NCBI RefSeq assembly: GCF_002113885.1
Contig: NW_018408679.1
Coordinates: forward strand, 420,324-484,323
Source of the DNA: Mizuhopecten yessoensis
Taxonomy: Eukaryota
Direction: 5' to 3'
Length of the DNA: 64,000 nt
Position numbers and translations under genes: made by a program. Below the pieces are notes generated by a model. It saw nothing but the letters and a program-made list of their open reading frames with translations, was not told the DNA's origin and did not search any database. Positions 23,424-35,200 of the stretch are shown one piece after another (position 1 is the first letter of the stretch; every line of letters starts with the position of its first letter).

Positions 23424-26400
23424 GACCACCTCTATAATAGACCACCTGTGTTAGGAAACTACTTCACAGTGACCACTTCTATAGGTAGACCACCTGTGTT
23501 AGAAAACTACTTCACAGTGACCACCTCTATAGGTAGACCACCTGTGTTAGGAAACTACTTCACAGTGACCATTTCTATACATGCAGGTAGACCACATGTG
23601 TTAGGAAACTACTTCACAGTGACCACCTCTATAGGTAGACCACCTGTGTTAGGAAACTACTTCACAGTGACCACCTCTATAGGTAGACCACCTGTGTTAG
23701 GAAACTACTTCACAGTGACCACCTCTATAGGTAGACCACCTGTGTTAGGAAACTACTTCACAGTGACCACCTCTATAGGTAGACCACCTGTGTTAGGAAA
23801 CTACTTCACAGTGACCACCTCTATAGGTAGACCACCTGTGTTAGGAAACTACTTCACAGTGACCACCTCTATAGGTAGACCACCTGTGTTAGGAAACTAC
23901 TTCACAGTGACCACCTCTATAGGTAGACCACCTGTGTTAGGAAACTACTTCACAGTGACCACCTCTATAGGTAGACCACCTGTGTTAGGAAACTACTTCA
24001 CAGTGACCACCTCTATAGGTAGACCACCTGTGTTAGGAAACTACTTCACAGTGACCACCTCTATAGGTAGACCACCTGTGTTAGGAAACTACTTCACAGT
24101 GACCACCTCTATAGGTAGACCACCTGTGTTAGGAAACTACTTCACAGTGACCACCTCTATAGGTAGACCACCTGTGTTAGGAAACTACTTCACAGTGACC
24201 ACCTCTATAGGTAGACCACCTGTGTTAGGAAACTACTTCACAGTGACCACCTCTATAGGTAGACCACCTGTGTTAGGAAACTACTTCACAGTGACCACCT
24301 CTATAGGTAGACCACCTGTGTTAGGAAACTACTTCACAGTGACCACCTCTATAGGTAGACCACCTGTGTTAGGAAACTACTTCACAGTGACCACCTCTAT
24401 AGGTAGACCACCTGTGTTAGGAAACTACTTCACAGTGACCACCTCTATAGGTAGACCACCTGTGTTAGGAAACTACTTCACAGTGACCACCTCTATAGGT
24501 AGACCACCTGTGTTAGGAAACTACTTCACAGTGACCACCTCTATAGGTAGACCACCTGTGTTAGGAAACTACTTCACAGTGACCACCTCTATAGGTAGAC
24601 CACCTGTGTTAGGAAACTACTTCACAGTGACCACCTCTATAGGTAGACCACCTGTGTTAGGAAACTACTTCACAGTGACCACCTCTATAGGTAGACCACC
24701 TGTGTTAGGAAACTACTTCACAGTGACCACCTCTATAGGTAGACCACCTGTGTTAGGAAACTACTTCACAGTGACCACCTCTATAGGTAGACCACCTGTG
24801 TTAGGAAACTACTTCACAGTGACCACCTCTATAGGTAGACCACCTGTGTTAGGAAACTACTTCACAGTGACCACCTCTATAGGTAGACCACCTGTGTTAG
24901 GAAACTACTTCACAGTGACCACCTCTATAGGTAGACCACCTGTGTTAGGAAACTACTTCACAGTGACCACCTCTATAGGTAGACCACCTGTGTTAGGAAA
25001 CTACTTCACAGTGACCACCTCTATAGGTAGACCACCTGTGTTAGGAAACTACTTCACAGTGACCACCTCTATAGGTAGACCACCTGTGTTAGGAAACTAC
25101 TTCACAGTGACCACCTCTATAGGTAGACCACCTGTGTTAGGAAACTACTTCACAGTGACCACCTCTATAGGTAGACCACCTGTGTTAGGAAACTACTTCA
25201 CAGTGACCACCTCTATAGGTAGACCACCTGTGTTAGGAAACTACTTCACAGTGACCACCTCTATAGGTAGACCACCTGTGTTAGGAAACTACTTCACAGT
25301 GACCACCTCTATAGGTAGACCACCTGTGTTAGGAAACTACTTCACAGTGACCACCTCTATAGGTAGACCACCTGTGTTAGGAAACTACTTCACAGTGACC
25401 ACCTCTATAGGTAGACCACCTGTGTTAGGAAACTACTTCACAGTGACCACCTCTATAGGTAGACCACCTGTGTTAGGAAACTACTTCACAGTGACCACCT
25501 CTATAGGTAGACCACCTGTGTTAGGAAACTACTTCACAGTGACCACCTCTATAGGTAGACCACCTGTGTTAGGAAACTACTTCACAGTGACCACCTCTAT
25601 AGGTAGACCACCTGTGTTAGGAAACTACTTCACAGTGACCACCTCTATAGGTAGACCACCTGTGTTAGGAAACTACTTCACAGTGACCACCTCTATAGGT
25701 AGACCACCTGTGTTAGGAAACTACTTCACAGTGACCACCTCTATAGGTAGACCACCTGTGTTAGGAAACTACTTCACAGTGACCACCTCTATAGGTAGAC
25801 CACCTGTGTTAGGAAACTACTTCACAGTGACCACCTCTATAGGTAGACCACCTGTGTTAGGAAACTACTTCACAGTGACCACCTCTATAGGTAGACCACC
25901 TGTGTTAGGAAACTACTTCACAGTGACCACCTCTATAGGTAGACCACCTGTGTTAGGAAACTACTTCACAGTGACCACCTCTATAGGTAGACCACCTGTG
26001 TTAGGAAACTACTTCACAGTGACCACCTCTATAGGTAGACCACCTGTGTTAGGAAACTACTTCACAGTGACCACCTCTATAGGTAGACCACCTGTGTTAG
26101 GAAACTACTTCACAGTGACCACCTCTATAGGTAGACCACCTGTGTTAGGAAACTACTTCACAGTGACCACTTCTATAAGTAGACCACCTGTGTTAGGAAA
26201 CTACTTCACAGTGACCCCCCCTATAATAGACCACCTGTGTTAGGAAACTACTTCACAGTGACCCCCTCTATAGGTAGACCACCTGTGTTAGGAAACTCCT
26301 TCACAGTGTCCATTTCTATACATGCAGGTAGACCACCTGTGTTAGGAAACTACTTCACAGTTACCACCCCTATAATAGACCACCTGTGTTAGGAAACTAC

Positions 26401-26546
26401 TTCACAGTTACCACCCCTATAATAGACCACCTGTGTTAGGAAACTACTTCACAGGGACCACCTCTATAGGTAGACCACCTGTGTTAGGAAACTACTTCAC
26501 AGTGACCACTTCTATAAGTTGACCACCTGTGTTAGGAAACTACTTC
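23424..26546. repeat. 48-bp satellite, about 65 copies, homogeneous core
   Basis: Unit ATAGGTAGACCACCTGTGTTAGGAAACTACTTCACAGTGACCACCTCT. Copies are identical from about 23600 to 26170, with variants only at the edges. Confidence 0.98.
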
Positions 26547-27682
26547 CAATGTGCCACAGGGATTTTATTGTTTTTCATGGACTTTCCATTAGTGATTTCT
26601 TACTAGTCTTAACTGTATTAAGTAGGTATAACAGAATACCTGCTTTAGAAATTCAGCTAGCTTCTATTTAGTTTTTAAAGAACACTCTGCTTAATTTCGA
26701 ATTTGACCTTTTAGAAGGATTTCTTTTAATATGACCCATGCTGATTTTACCCCAATCCTCTTTAAAACTGAAAAATAAATCTGTCTTGCACTGTATGTAG
26801 AATAATAGACATACCGTGAAACGCCATTCAAATCTTCTCTGTTTTTGTACCACGGAAAATGTTTTCAAAAAAGCAGACATATTATATAAATATTATTTTC
26901 ATCTTCTGAATCATTTAATTAGAGCTCTGAAAACCCCCAAAATAACAAGATACACGATACACATTAAGTCGCTTTATTTTTGTCATGAATCAACTCACAT
27001 TTCTTCAGCAAATTCATCACAGATGATATTAAACATAAATGGAGAATATGTATGCTCTTGTACATATAAATAGCACCAATTATTGTCATACGACTGTGTA
27101 TATAGCTATAAATAGCATACACAATATCTAAAACAAATCACAAACTAACACTCCAAGGCATAGAAAAATGTATGCTAAAGAGAAATATTGCTTAAAAAAT
27201 TATATATAACTTGCATGTTAAAAAAATATTTAATCAATGGGTTATGACTCAAAATATATGAAAACAATTTGTATGTGATTAAAATTGATACTCTACAAGA
27301 CTAAACTATTGATGTCATAAAAGCTGAGTTATCCAATATCTATATTAATTAGGTTCAACCTTTAGTAAATAAACAATAAATGTACACCAAAAGACATTCA
27401 ACCATTACAATTAAGAAGCATTGAATTAATGGTTATACAGCATACATCACTCACCGAGGTTCTTTCAGTTTTTAAATCCTTCAGTATAATTACACAAAAA
27501 AGTACTTCACAAAAAGATATGAAGCAAATTACTTAGTTAGTTTACAAAATGTAAAATCTGCACAATATTTAAATAAATACAATGGAGTGTATATTAAAGG
27601 GATAAAAGCTTGCAGTGTCTTTCCTGGAATAAATGTACATAATCTTTTTTCAAATAATTATAAAACATTAATTTTTCAGCTT

Positions 27683-27960
27683 ATGCTAATCACTCTTGTT
27701 AGCCCAGGTAGAAGTGTATAGAGGGACTTCATGCTAATCACTCTTGTTAGCCCAGATAGAAGTGTATAGAGGGACTTCATGCTAATCACTCTTGTTAGCC
27801 CAGATAGAAGTGTATAGAGGGACTTCATGAGGGAGAAAACCCACATGGTTGAGCAGGTGACCCAATACCTTTTCACGTCCGATCAGGTAGTTGAACCCTG
27901 GCCATCTTGGTGAAAGGCAAGTGCGCTATCTAGTATCCACTGCGCCACCAGACCACACTG
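27683..27960 (-). mobile_element. tRNA-derived V-type SINE whose tail is triplicated as a 51-bp repeat
   Basis: Minus-strand head TGGTCTGGTGGCGCAGTGG...GGGTTCAACTACC, similar to 35480-35690. ATGCTAATCACTCTTGTTAGCCCAG occurs three times in 27683-27828. Confidence 0.75.
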
Positions 27961-28754
27961 TCGGACATTTTTGTGGGGTTTTAATATTACTAGGATGAAA
28001 TTTCACTGTGTACATGATGTTAACAGAGATACTAAAGAATGTGTTATGTATTTGTATATTAGCACATCTACTTCTAATGTAACAAGTGTAGAAGATTGAG
28101 CTTAACATTACTTGACAGTACATTATGGTTGTTATATAAGTGACAGAGGTATTGATTGGTTATGTGCATGTACAGAAAACCAATGTCGTGTTACGTACGT
28201 CTTCCTCAAAATCTACACTAGGCAAGATTCAACCATACAATGTATAAATATCTATCTGACAGAACATTTAATGGAGAAAATGTATAACTTTCTCATAACA
28301 AAACATATCAAAACGAGACAAATCAAATAAGCAATCAAAATCAGGAAAACTCGAAACATGAACAGAGATGAGAGGGGATACCAGCGGAGTCATCTGTATG
28401 ACCCGATACTGACATAATGGGAGAGGGGGCTAGATCTACACCCTACCAGTAACCTATTTGATAACATGTGTATACAGTCCCTATCGATAGGCAAAACATC
28501 CCTAGTTGAGTGACATGAGAAATATATACAATTTTGTCACATAATTGTACAGGTGAACAATACAAACCACTCACACAGTCATAGCTTGACAAAGGGACCA
28601 GCCTGTCTTGAAACCATGTGACATGTTAAATATGTAAATTTTACATGGTTTGTGTAATAAGTTAAAATTTGATATGTCATAACTCTTTGCTGGAGTTTAG
28701 AAATCAGAACCTTTTTAATGAAAACAACTATAGCTACTATTACTGCTTATAAAT

Positions 28755-29005
28755 CCTACTCTTACCCCACTCCACTACCTCTATGACCTATGACCAATAC
28801 TCTAATCCAAATTTCTACACTATGACCCATACTCTAATCCCTGTCATCTACCACTATGACCTATGACCCACACTCTAATCCCATTCTTCTACCCTTACAA
28901 CCAATGACCTATATTTTATCCCCTTCCTCTACCCATACTCTAATCCCCTTCTTCTACCTCTATGAACTATGACCCATACTCTAATCACCTTCCTCTACCC
29001 CTACC
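28755..29005. repeat. Degenerate ~41-bp tandem repeat spanning the FBXL8 stop codon and 3' UTR
   Basis: TATGACCCATACTCTAATCCC...CTAC recurs about 6 times; the last copy overlaps the codons V-E-E-G-D-stop. Confidence 0.75.
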
Positions 29006-30183
29006 ACCCAGGGCTCTGGGTCAGCTGTCCACTTCAGTATGTAGTCCTTCTTTTCCTTAATCAGAGCTGAGGAGGCCAAAATCCCCTCCACAACCTCTTT
29101 CTTTAGCGCACAATAAACATATATGGATTTCAGCAGTTTGCATGTCCTTGCTAAGTTAAGGAGAGCTGCTCCAAGCTCGTCAGAATTTCTGGTCTGTAGG
29201 ACAAGCTTCTCCAAGGTGGAACTGTAGAAGGCTGCAGCAAGGTTCACCTCCTCAAAGATCCTTGTGAAAGTTTCAAGTCTGAGATCTCTAACCGGGATAT
29301 CTGGCTGCATTAGATCTTTCACTCTGTTAAGTGGACATGTGTGGTCAAATCCCAGACTGACCCTGAGGTTAGGTACAGCGGTCACCAGGCCTTGCCACAC
29401 CTCAGACGTCAGTGTTTTGTTGTACTTCTCTTCCCTTCTACACACTATTTCCAGATGTTCCACAGGGGTTCTGTCACTTTCCGCGAAACATGCAAGAATG
29501 TCGTCCGATAAACTGCAATGGTACGCCATTAGTTCTGTTAATTTTCTGCACTTCTGAACAAGATATAGTATCGCAGAGGGACTCACCTTACAAATCAACA
29601 TTCTGTTGAGAATGTTTAACGACTGTAAGTTTGGATGGTTTTCAGCCAAAATTGTAAAAACAGAATCGTCATATGCTGCAGTGAGACCACTCAGGTCTAC
29701 ATGTAAGATCTGTGACAATGGTGGTCTAATGGTAGGTGGAGTCGGACCAAACAACGCCCTCAAGGCAGCCACAAATTCAGCTCCCGCATAGAATAAAGGG
29801 TTCTCACCAGTAAACGTAACCGTAATGGCTGACAGCTGACGACCTGCCGAAGTAGCCAGCAACTCAATTACACGACAGGCGTAGTGTCTGTTCTCCTGGT
29901 CACTCTGATCTAGTGTGAGCCTTATACCCCGCAGGTGGTGCCCATGCTTGGCTAGGAACTGACTGTAGCCTAACATGTGGTCCTTTTTTGGGTTCACAGT
30001 AGACAGAAAACGGAAGTGAAAGTGGCGCCACAGACAGGGCTGGTTAAAGCAAGTCTGCCATGTGTGGCAGACAAGTGACGCATTGTAACGGTCGGTAGGG
30101 CCAAGATGCAGGAGTATTTGCACCACTATGTGGTCAGGAAGTGTTGACCAGCTCTGTAGCTCAAAGCAACTAGCAGCATCCAT
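28981..30183 (-). CDS. FBXL8: F-box/LRR-repeat protein 8
   Basis: 400-aa ORF with an N-terminal F-box (WSTLPDHIVVQILLHL...LVCHTW). FTGENPLFYAG, LMQPDIPVRDLRL and C-terminal LKWTADPEPW correspond to FBXL8 motifs. Splice acceptor at 30240; probable upstream non-coding exon ending at 32075. Confidence 0.88.
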   Translation of the reverse strand: MDAASCFELQSWSTLPDHIVVQILLHLGPTDRYNASLVCHTWQTCFNQPCLWRHFHFRFLSTVNPKKDHMLGYSQFLAKHGHHLRGIRLTLDQSDQENRHYACRVIELLATSAGRQLSAITVTFTGENPLFYAGAEFVAALRALFGPTPPTIRPPLSQILHVDLSGLTAAYDDSVFTILAENHPNLQSLNILNRMLICKVSPSAILYLVQKCRKLTELMAYHCSLSDDILACFAESDRTPVEHLEIVCRREEKYNKTLTSEVWQGLVTAVPNLRVSLGFDHTCPLNRVKDLMQPDIPVRDLRLETFTRIFEEVNLAAAFYSSTLEKLVLQTRNSDELGAALLNLARTCKLLKSIYVYCALKKEVVEGILASSALIKEKKDYILKWTADPEPWVVGVEEGD

Positions 30184-30482
30184 GTCTCATTAAAGAGGAC
30201 AGTCAGAAATGGGTCGGCATTCTATACAAGATGGACCGACCTGTGTGGAATAAAAGATAAATAAATATTAATTTCTTTTCTTGAATTGAACATTTTATCA
30301 TTTAATGAAAAAAAAATATGACCTGTTGAGGTAAATAGCTAACTGTGACTGTTGCAGCATAAAACCTGAGTGAGCCCATTATATATATATTTGGCCTATT
30401 AACTCTTCAACAATTGAGCTATACAGCTGTAAAGACCTACACTATAGCTATAACCACCTATAATTTATAGCTATATTGAGCT

Positions 30483-30682
30483 CAGTGTTCTCCCAAAATT
30501 GTTTTGAAAGAAGCATGTTATTTCAATATTTCTGTAAAAGCAGCACTCTATGAAAAATCAAAGCAGCATGGTAACTTTAGATTTACTATGAATATATAGC
30601 AGAGAAGATCTAGGATAGCAGCATGGCAAGAAATTATAGGAGCATGGTGCCATGCTGCAAATACAGCCTGGGGAGAACACTG
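30483..30682. mobile_element. hAT-like MITE with 5-bp TSD
   Basis: TIR CAGTGTTCTCCC / GGGAGAACACTG, with GAGCT on both sides. Confidence 0.75.
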
Positions 30683-31176
30683 GAGCTATGTTTTCTTAGA
30701 TTTTAGTTTTGATAAAAATTCAGCAAAGTTGCATAAAACTATACATATGTGAATAGGTTTTATGGAAATGTTGACAACGAAAAGCAATAACAGTAAGAGG
30801 TATATATTTGTTTTCCATAAAGGAAAAGTAAAAATTCAAACTTCTTTACAACATTTAAAAAAAAAAATCTGTTTTATTGAAAATTACGTGAAAATAGTTC
30901 AAAAGACTGACATTGTATTTCAGATAGGTCGATACAACTATTACAGGTCTTTATAGAGCTATATAGGTTTTTCAACAAAATCTTTGTTCCCAACGATGCA
31001 CAAGATCCTATACACTAGCTTATAAGCATCCATGGGTATTTTAAGTTGGGCATCAAATGTAACAAGAAAAGAAAATTGCAATGACCAGATGGGGTTCAAA
31101 CCAGAGACTTCCAATCTCTGGACTGCATGTATAAAAGATGTACGTGGATTGATTAGGTTGCCTTACAAACGTCAGA

Positions 31177-31656
31177 CATAAGGGATTTCCCTTTAGCTCA
31201 GCGGTAGAGCATCTGGCTGGAGAGCCAAGGGTCGTGGGTTCAAGCCCCAGCAACGGCACTATCTTTACCACTATTCCTCGTCCTACAACAAACTGGGTTG
31301 GTGTTTGAAAAAAGGGAGGAATAGTGTAAAAGATTTCCCATTAGCTCAGCAGAAAGAGTGTCGGGCTGGAGAGCCAATGGTGGTGGGTTGGAGCCCCAGC
31401 GACGGCACTATCTTTAATTTATCACTATTCCTCGTCCTACTACAAACTGGTGATGTTGACCCTCCCTGTTCAAGGTAGGAGAACCCTTGGCAGGGAGTCA
31501 AAGATTCTGGGTTGGTGTTAGAAGAAAGGGGAATAGTGTAAAGGATTTCCCTTTAGCTCAGCGGTTAGAGTGTCGGGCTGGAGAGCCAAGGGTTGTGGGT
31601 TCGAGCTCCAGCGACGGCACTATCTTTATCACTAACTAATTCCTCGTCCTACTACA
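31177..31656 (+). mobile_element. Tandem three-LTR TRIM with tRNA-derived LTRs
   Basis: LTR-like units at 31177-31290, 31325-31444 and 31537-31656 (TGTAA...TACA in units 2 and 3; unit 1 reads CATAA...CAACA), each with A and B boxes. TGG PBS-like sequence at 31448. Purine tracts AAAAAAGGGAGGAATAG and AGAAGAAAGGGGAATAG lie directly before LTR2 and LTR3. Confidence 0.8.
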
Positions 31657-32074
31657 TATGCCATGAACCTGGTCGACAGTGATCAACCCAGTCCACTCCA
31701 CTGCTACTGTTATAGAATATAAATTATATATAGATATACACTGGGAAATTGACATAATGTTAGAAACTTAAATTGCACATCACTATATATAGTACAGGCA
31801 TGTTTGGTAAAACGTGTCTATTTTGCAATCCTGCAAAAATACATAGCAAAACGAAGTAAAAATATATAGGCCTAATAAACCTTAAGTTTTACAGTTTTTA
31901 CAAGTTCCTGTGGTACAGTACAGTAAATAAAGTTAATGTTTAACAAACTAGGCTAAGCCATATAATGATTTACACCACGGAATTAGATTATCTAAGTCCG
32001 TGGTTACACTATATTGGCAGCAAATGATCCGATCTATAGCATTGCATAAGAAGAATAAAACATAGGAACTGTAC

Positions 32075-32241
32075 CTTGGACCTGTAACGCCTTAGACATA
32101 ACTGGATCCGCAGTGATCACTCCCTATGTTTTGACAGCACCCGGATCGGGCACATACATACGATTCGTATATTATACTACCCGGTACCGCTTCCGGCTAT
32201 ACTTTGCATTGCGTTTAGCGAGATTGGGTGTTTGGCTTACC
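32075..32241. promoter_or_regulatory. Probable bidirectional promoter of FBXL8 and MRPL52
   Basis: A minus-strand donor AAG|GTACAG at 32075 and the plus-strand MRPL52 ATG at 32242 are 167 bp apart. Local CpG enrichment and an ETS-like CTTCCGG near 32190. Confidence 0.55.
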
Positions 32242-35200
32242 ATGTATAGGCATTGTAAGTATGTTTTAAATAACTGATTAATGATTTTTTTTTTAATTGT
32301 GGGACTATTTTTTCGTACTGTGAGAGGCCACGGTGTTCTTAGCGTTCCAGCAAGATCGTACTCACCATTGGATATCGTCCACGATATCGGTTTGATCACA
32401 GGGACCTGCGAATTTGTTAGTTATATTTGGACCCAAGCTAATGTGTTAAAAGAGTATTTTTACACGTTTTAGCGATTTAACTAGTACTGTTGGAAAGATG
32501 GACAATTTTTCTTTTAAAAACCTCTTGTATTCACGAAAAATGTATTTTCGTTCCACAGACATGTTCTTGGTTTCCTCCAACACTGTACGTACCTTTCCAA
32601 TTTTTTTCACATTCATAGAGGTCGGTCATTCTTCTTCCGATTACTGCGACAGAGCTCATGGGTATGAGTGTAATTGTTGCAATCAGGTGTTCTTGAAGGT
32701 GGCATTTATGTATAATAACACATTTATATAATGATTTGCTTGGAGATGAAAATGATACATGGCAACAAATGTAGATCAGAAGAAAGTATATTTTATACTG
32801 GCAGAAGGCATGTGCAGGTCATAGAGCCACCTTTTGCATATTTTTGAGATTGATGCCGGCCACATGCTGATCGAAACCCGTGATGTGAGTGGCTGAAAGC
32901 GCAGCCATATTTCCCTAAAATAACCAGCCAATCAACACCATGTAATGTCTCCCCATCAAATGAACACAATAATGTTAGTATACTGGTTGTTTTTCTGGAT
33001 TTTTTTGGTCTTGCCCGTAACTTCTAAACCTTTAAGATATCTTGATGATATACCCTCACTGTCAATAGATCTCTTTGACCTTGACCTCAAAGGTCAAGGG
33101 GTCATTGGATCCTCTTTAGTTATATATCTAGTCTTGGTTGTAATTTTTAAACAACTAAAATGAATCTATGAATCTACCTGCATCACCCTCATAGAGTTTT
33201 GAAGTGCACTTTGAGTTTACGTCAAGATCAAAGGTCAAATATTAGCAGCTTTCAGGAAAAGCCTGCACAAGCCATAACTTTTACACTGTTTAAGATATCA
33301 TAAAGAAACTTGCAGTATACCTGCAGCACACATATAAAATGTGCAGTATAGTGAACTGTCAATTTTATATGAACGGTGGGCCCCAATAGGGGAAATAGAG
33401 GTAAAACCTTATAAATCCTTCTTCTACCATAGGGATTAAGGGATTTTATCCTTATTTAGTCTGGAGCATCCTTGTTTCAAAGGGTACTCAATTTTGTATA
33501 AACGGTTGGTGTGCCCCCTCTGGGGGCAGAGGGTTGGGTTCAAATGTGGGAAATAGAGGTAAACTTAAAATCCTTCTTCTAGCATAGGGATTGAAGGATT
33601 TCATTCTAATTTGGTCTACAGGATCCTTGGGTCAAGGGCACACAATTTGGTAAAAAGGGTGGGTGTGGCCCCCAGGGCAGAGGGGCATGGCCCAATAGGG
33701 GAAATAGAGGTAAAATCCTCTTCTACCATAGGGATTACAGGATTTTATCCCAATTTTGTCTCCATTAAGTTGTCTAGTATTGCCTGTTACTATTAGGGTG
33801 TATTCACTAAAACAAAATGGCCACCAGGCCGCCATCTTTGATTTTGACATTTGAAGTTAATGTTCTCGCTATATCTCTTTACCTCATATCAAGTACTTTA
33901 AACATATCCATATTGGCGATACAGGCCCTCTGGGCCTCTTTTTATCACATGGACCCGAGAATTAGTAACAGTAGATATGTCTGGGGCTATCCTGGTGTGT
34001 AGGGAGTAACAAATATCAGATTAGGGTTTAGATAACACATGGTAAAAATACTAAACACAAATACTATAAAGGTGAAAATTACTTAATGCTGAAATTTGAT
34101 CCAACCTTACTTTCTGGTTACAAAATCCTATTTCTGGTTGGTGTATATAAATTATTTGGTATCGGTGAAGAGATCATTTTTCTTTCCGTAACATTCTTCT
34201 TCCAGGTGTAGTTTGTATGGATTATGAGTTACACCAACAATACATGTAAATTATTATTTTTCTTTCTAGGTTTGAATAGATTAGTTCATTTGATAATTCC
34301 ACGTGAGGCAGCTAGAAATTTCGGTTCAACATCTGTCACATGCAGAAAGAGTAGTGGTGCAGAATGGAAGAGTTTAAAATTTGGTGGAAACTGGAGAATT
34401 AAGTAAGTACATGTACTTGTGTGGTCGGTTTTAAGAAAAAACAGCAAAACTAACACGTTAAGAATATTAACATGTAAGATAAAAGCAGAATTTGGTGTTA
34501 TATATATTGGAGTGAAAAGAATAAATACAGATAATTATTTAATGTAATATTAGGTTAGAGGTGCAATACAGAAGTTATGATTTTGTCAATTTTAGCATTG
34601 CAAATTAAAACTTATTCTAAAAAATAATAAGACTAGCTATCTTTAAGTAACAAAGTTTGGACCTAGATAAATAAGACATGACATTTCTTTGACTTTTAAG
34701 TGTGTCAACTATTAACCATCTAAATTCTTTCAATTTAAGTGTGGCAACTGTCTTGTCAATTTAATGAAATACTGTATGATATATGTTATAGGATTTTGTG
34801 TAATGTTCTCTAAACCTTGATATTTTATTATGATATTTGGTTTTGTTATACAGACAGGGTAAAGCTATGGACGGCTCCACTTATGGCCCCCTCACTGACC
34901 TGCCTGATTACACCTATCTAGGTAAATATCACCAGCAAGCTATACATTATCTACATCTCTAAACAGTTTCTGGACAAGAAAAGTGTTATACTGTGAACAG
35001 TTTTGAAGATAAGCATGGGAATTATATATCAATACATGTATTTGATAATGCAAAACCTTCAAGTCCTCCCTGTTACAGTTAACGTCTTCAAATTTGTAAG
35101 GATTTTCATAAAACCATGCTAAATACTGATTGACTGCTTTTTAATATAAACTGTTTCAGATTTAGATATTCAAACACAGTAGAATAAATTGTTCCAGATC

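Noticed and set aside
23421-26243. 940-aa ORF as a protein-coding gene
   Set aside because: It is a perfect 48-bp satellite whose unit is a multiple of 3 with one stop-free frame. It has a TTG start, no unique domains and no synonymous divergence.
23424-26546. CRISPR-like array
   Set aside because: Units are head-to-tail identical with no unique spacers; the context is eukaryotic and there are no cas genes. The same applies to the other arrays.
29264-29791. Plus-strand ORFs overlapping FBXL8
   Set aside because: They are antisense shadows of the real CDS with no recognisable motifs.
31186-31620. Cluster of three tRNA-Ser(GGA) genes
   Set aside because: Acceptor and anticodon stems do not pair properly, no long variable arm is present, and the units are framed by LTR-like ends with PPT and PBS.
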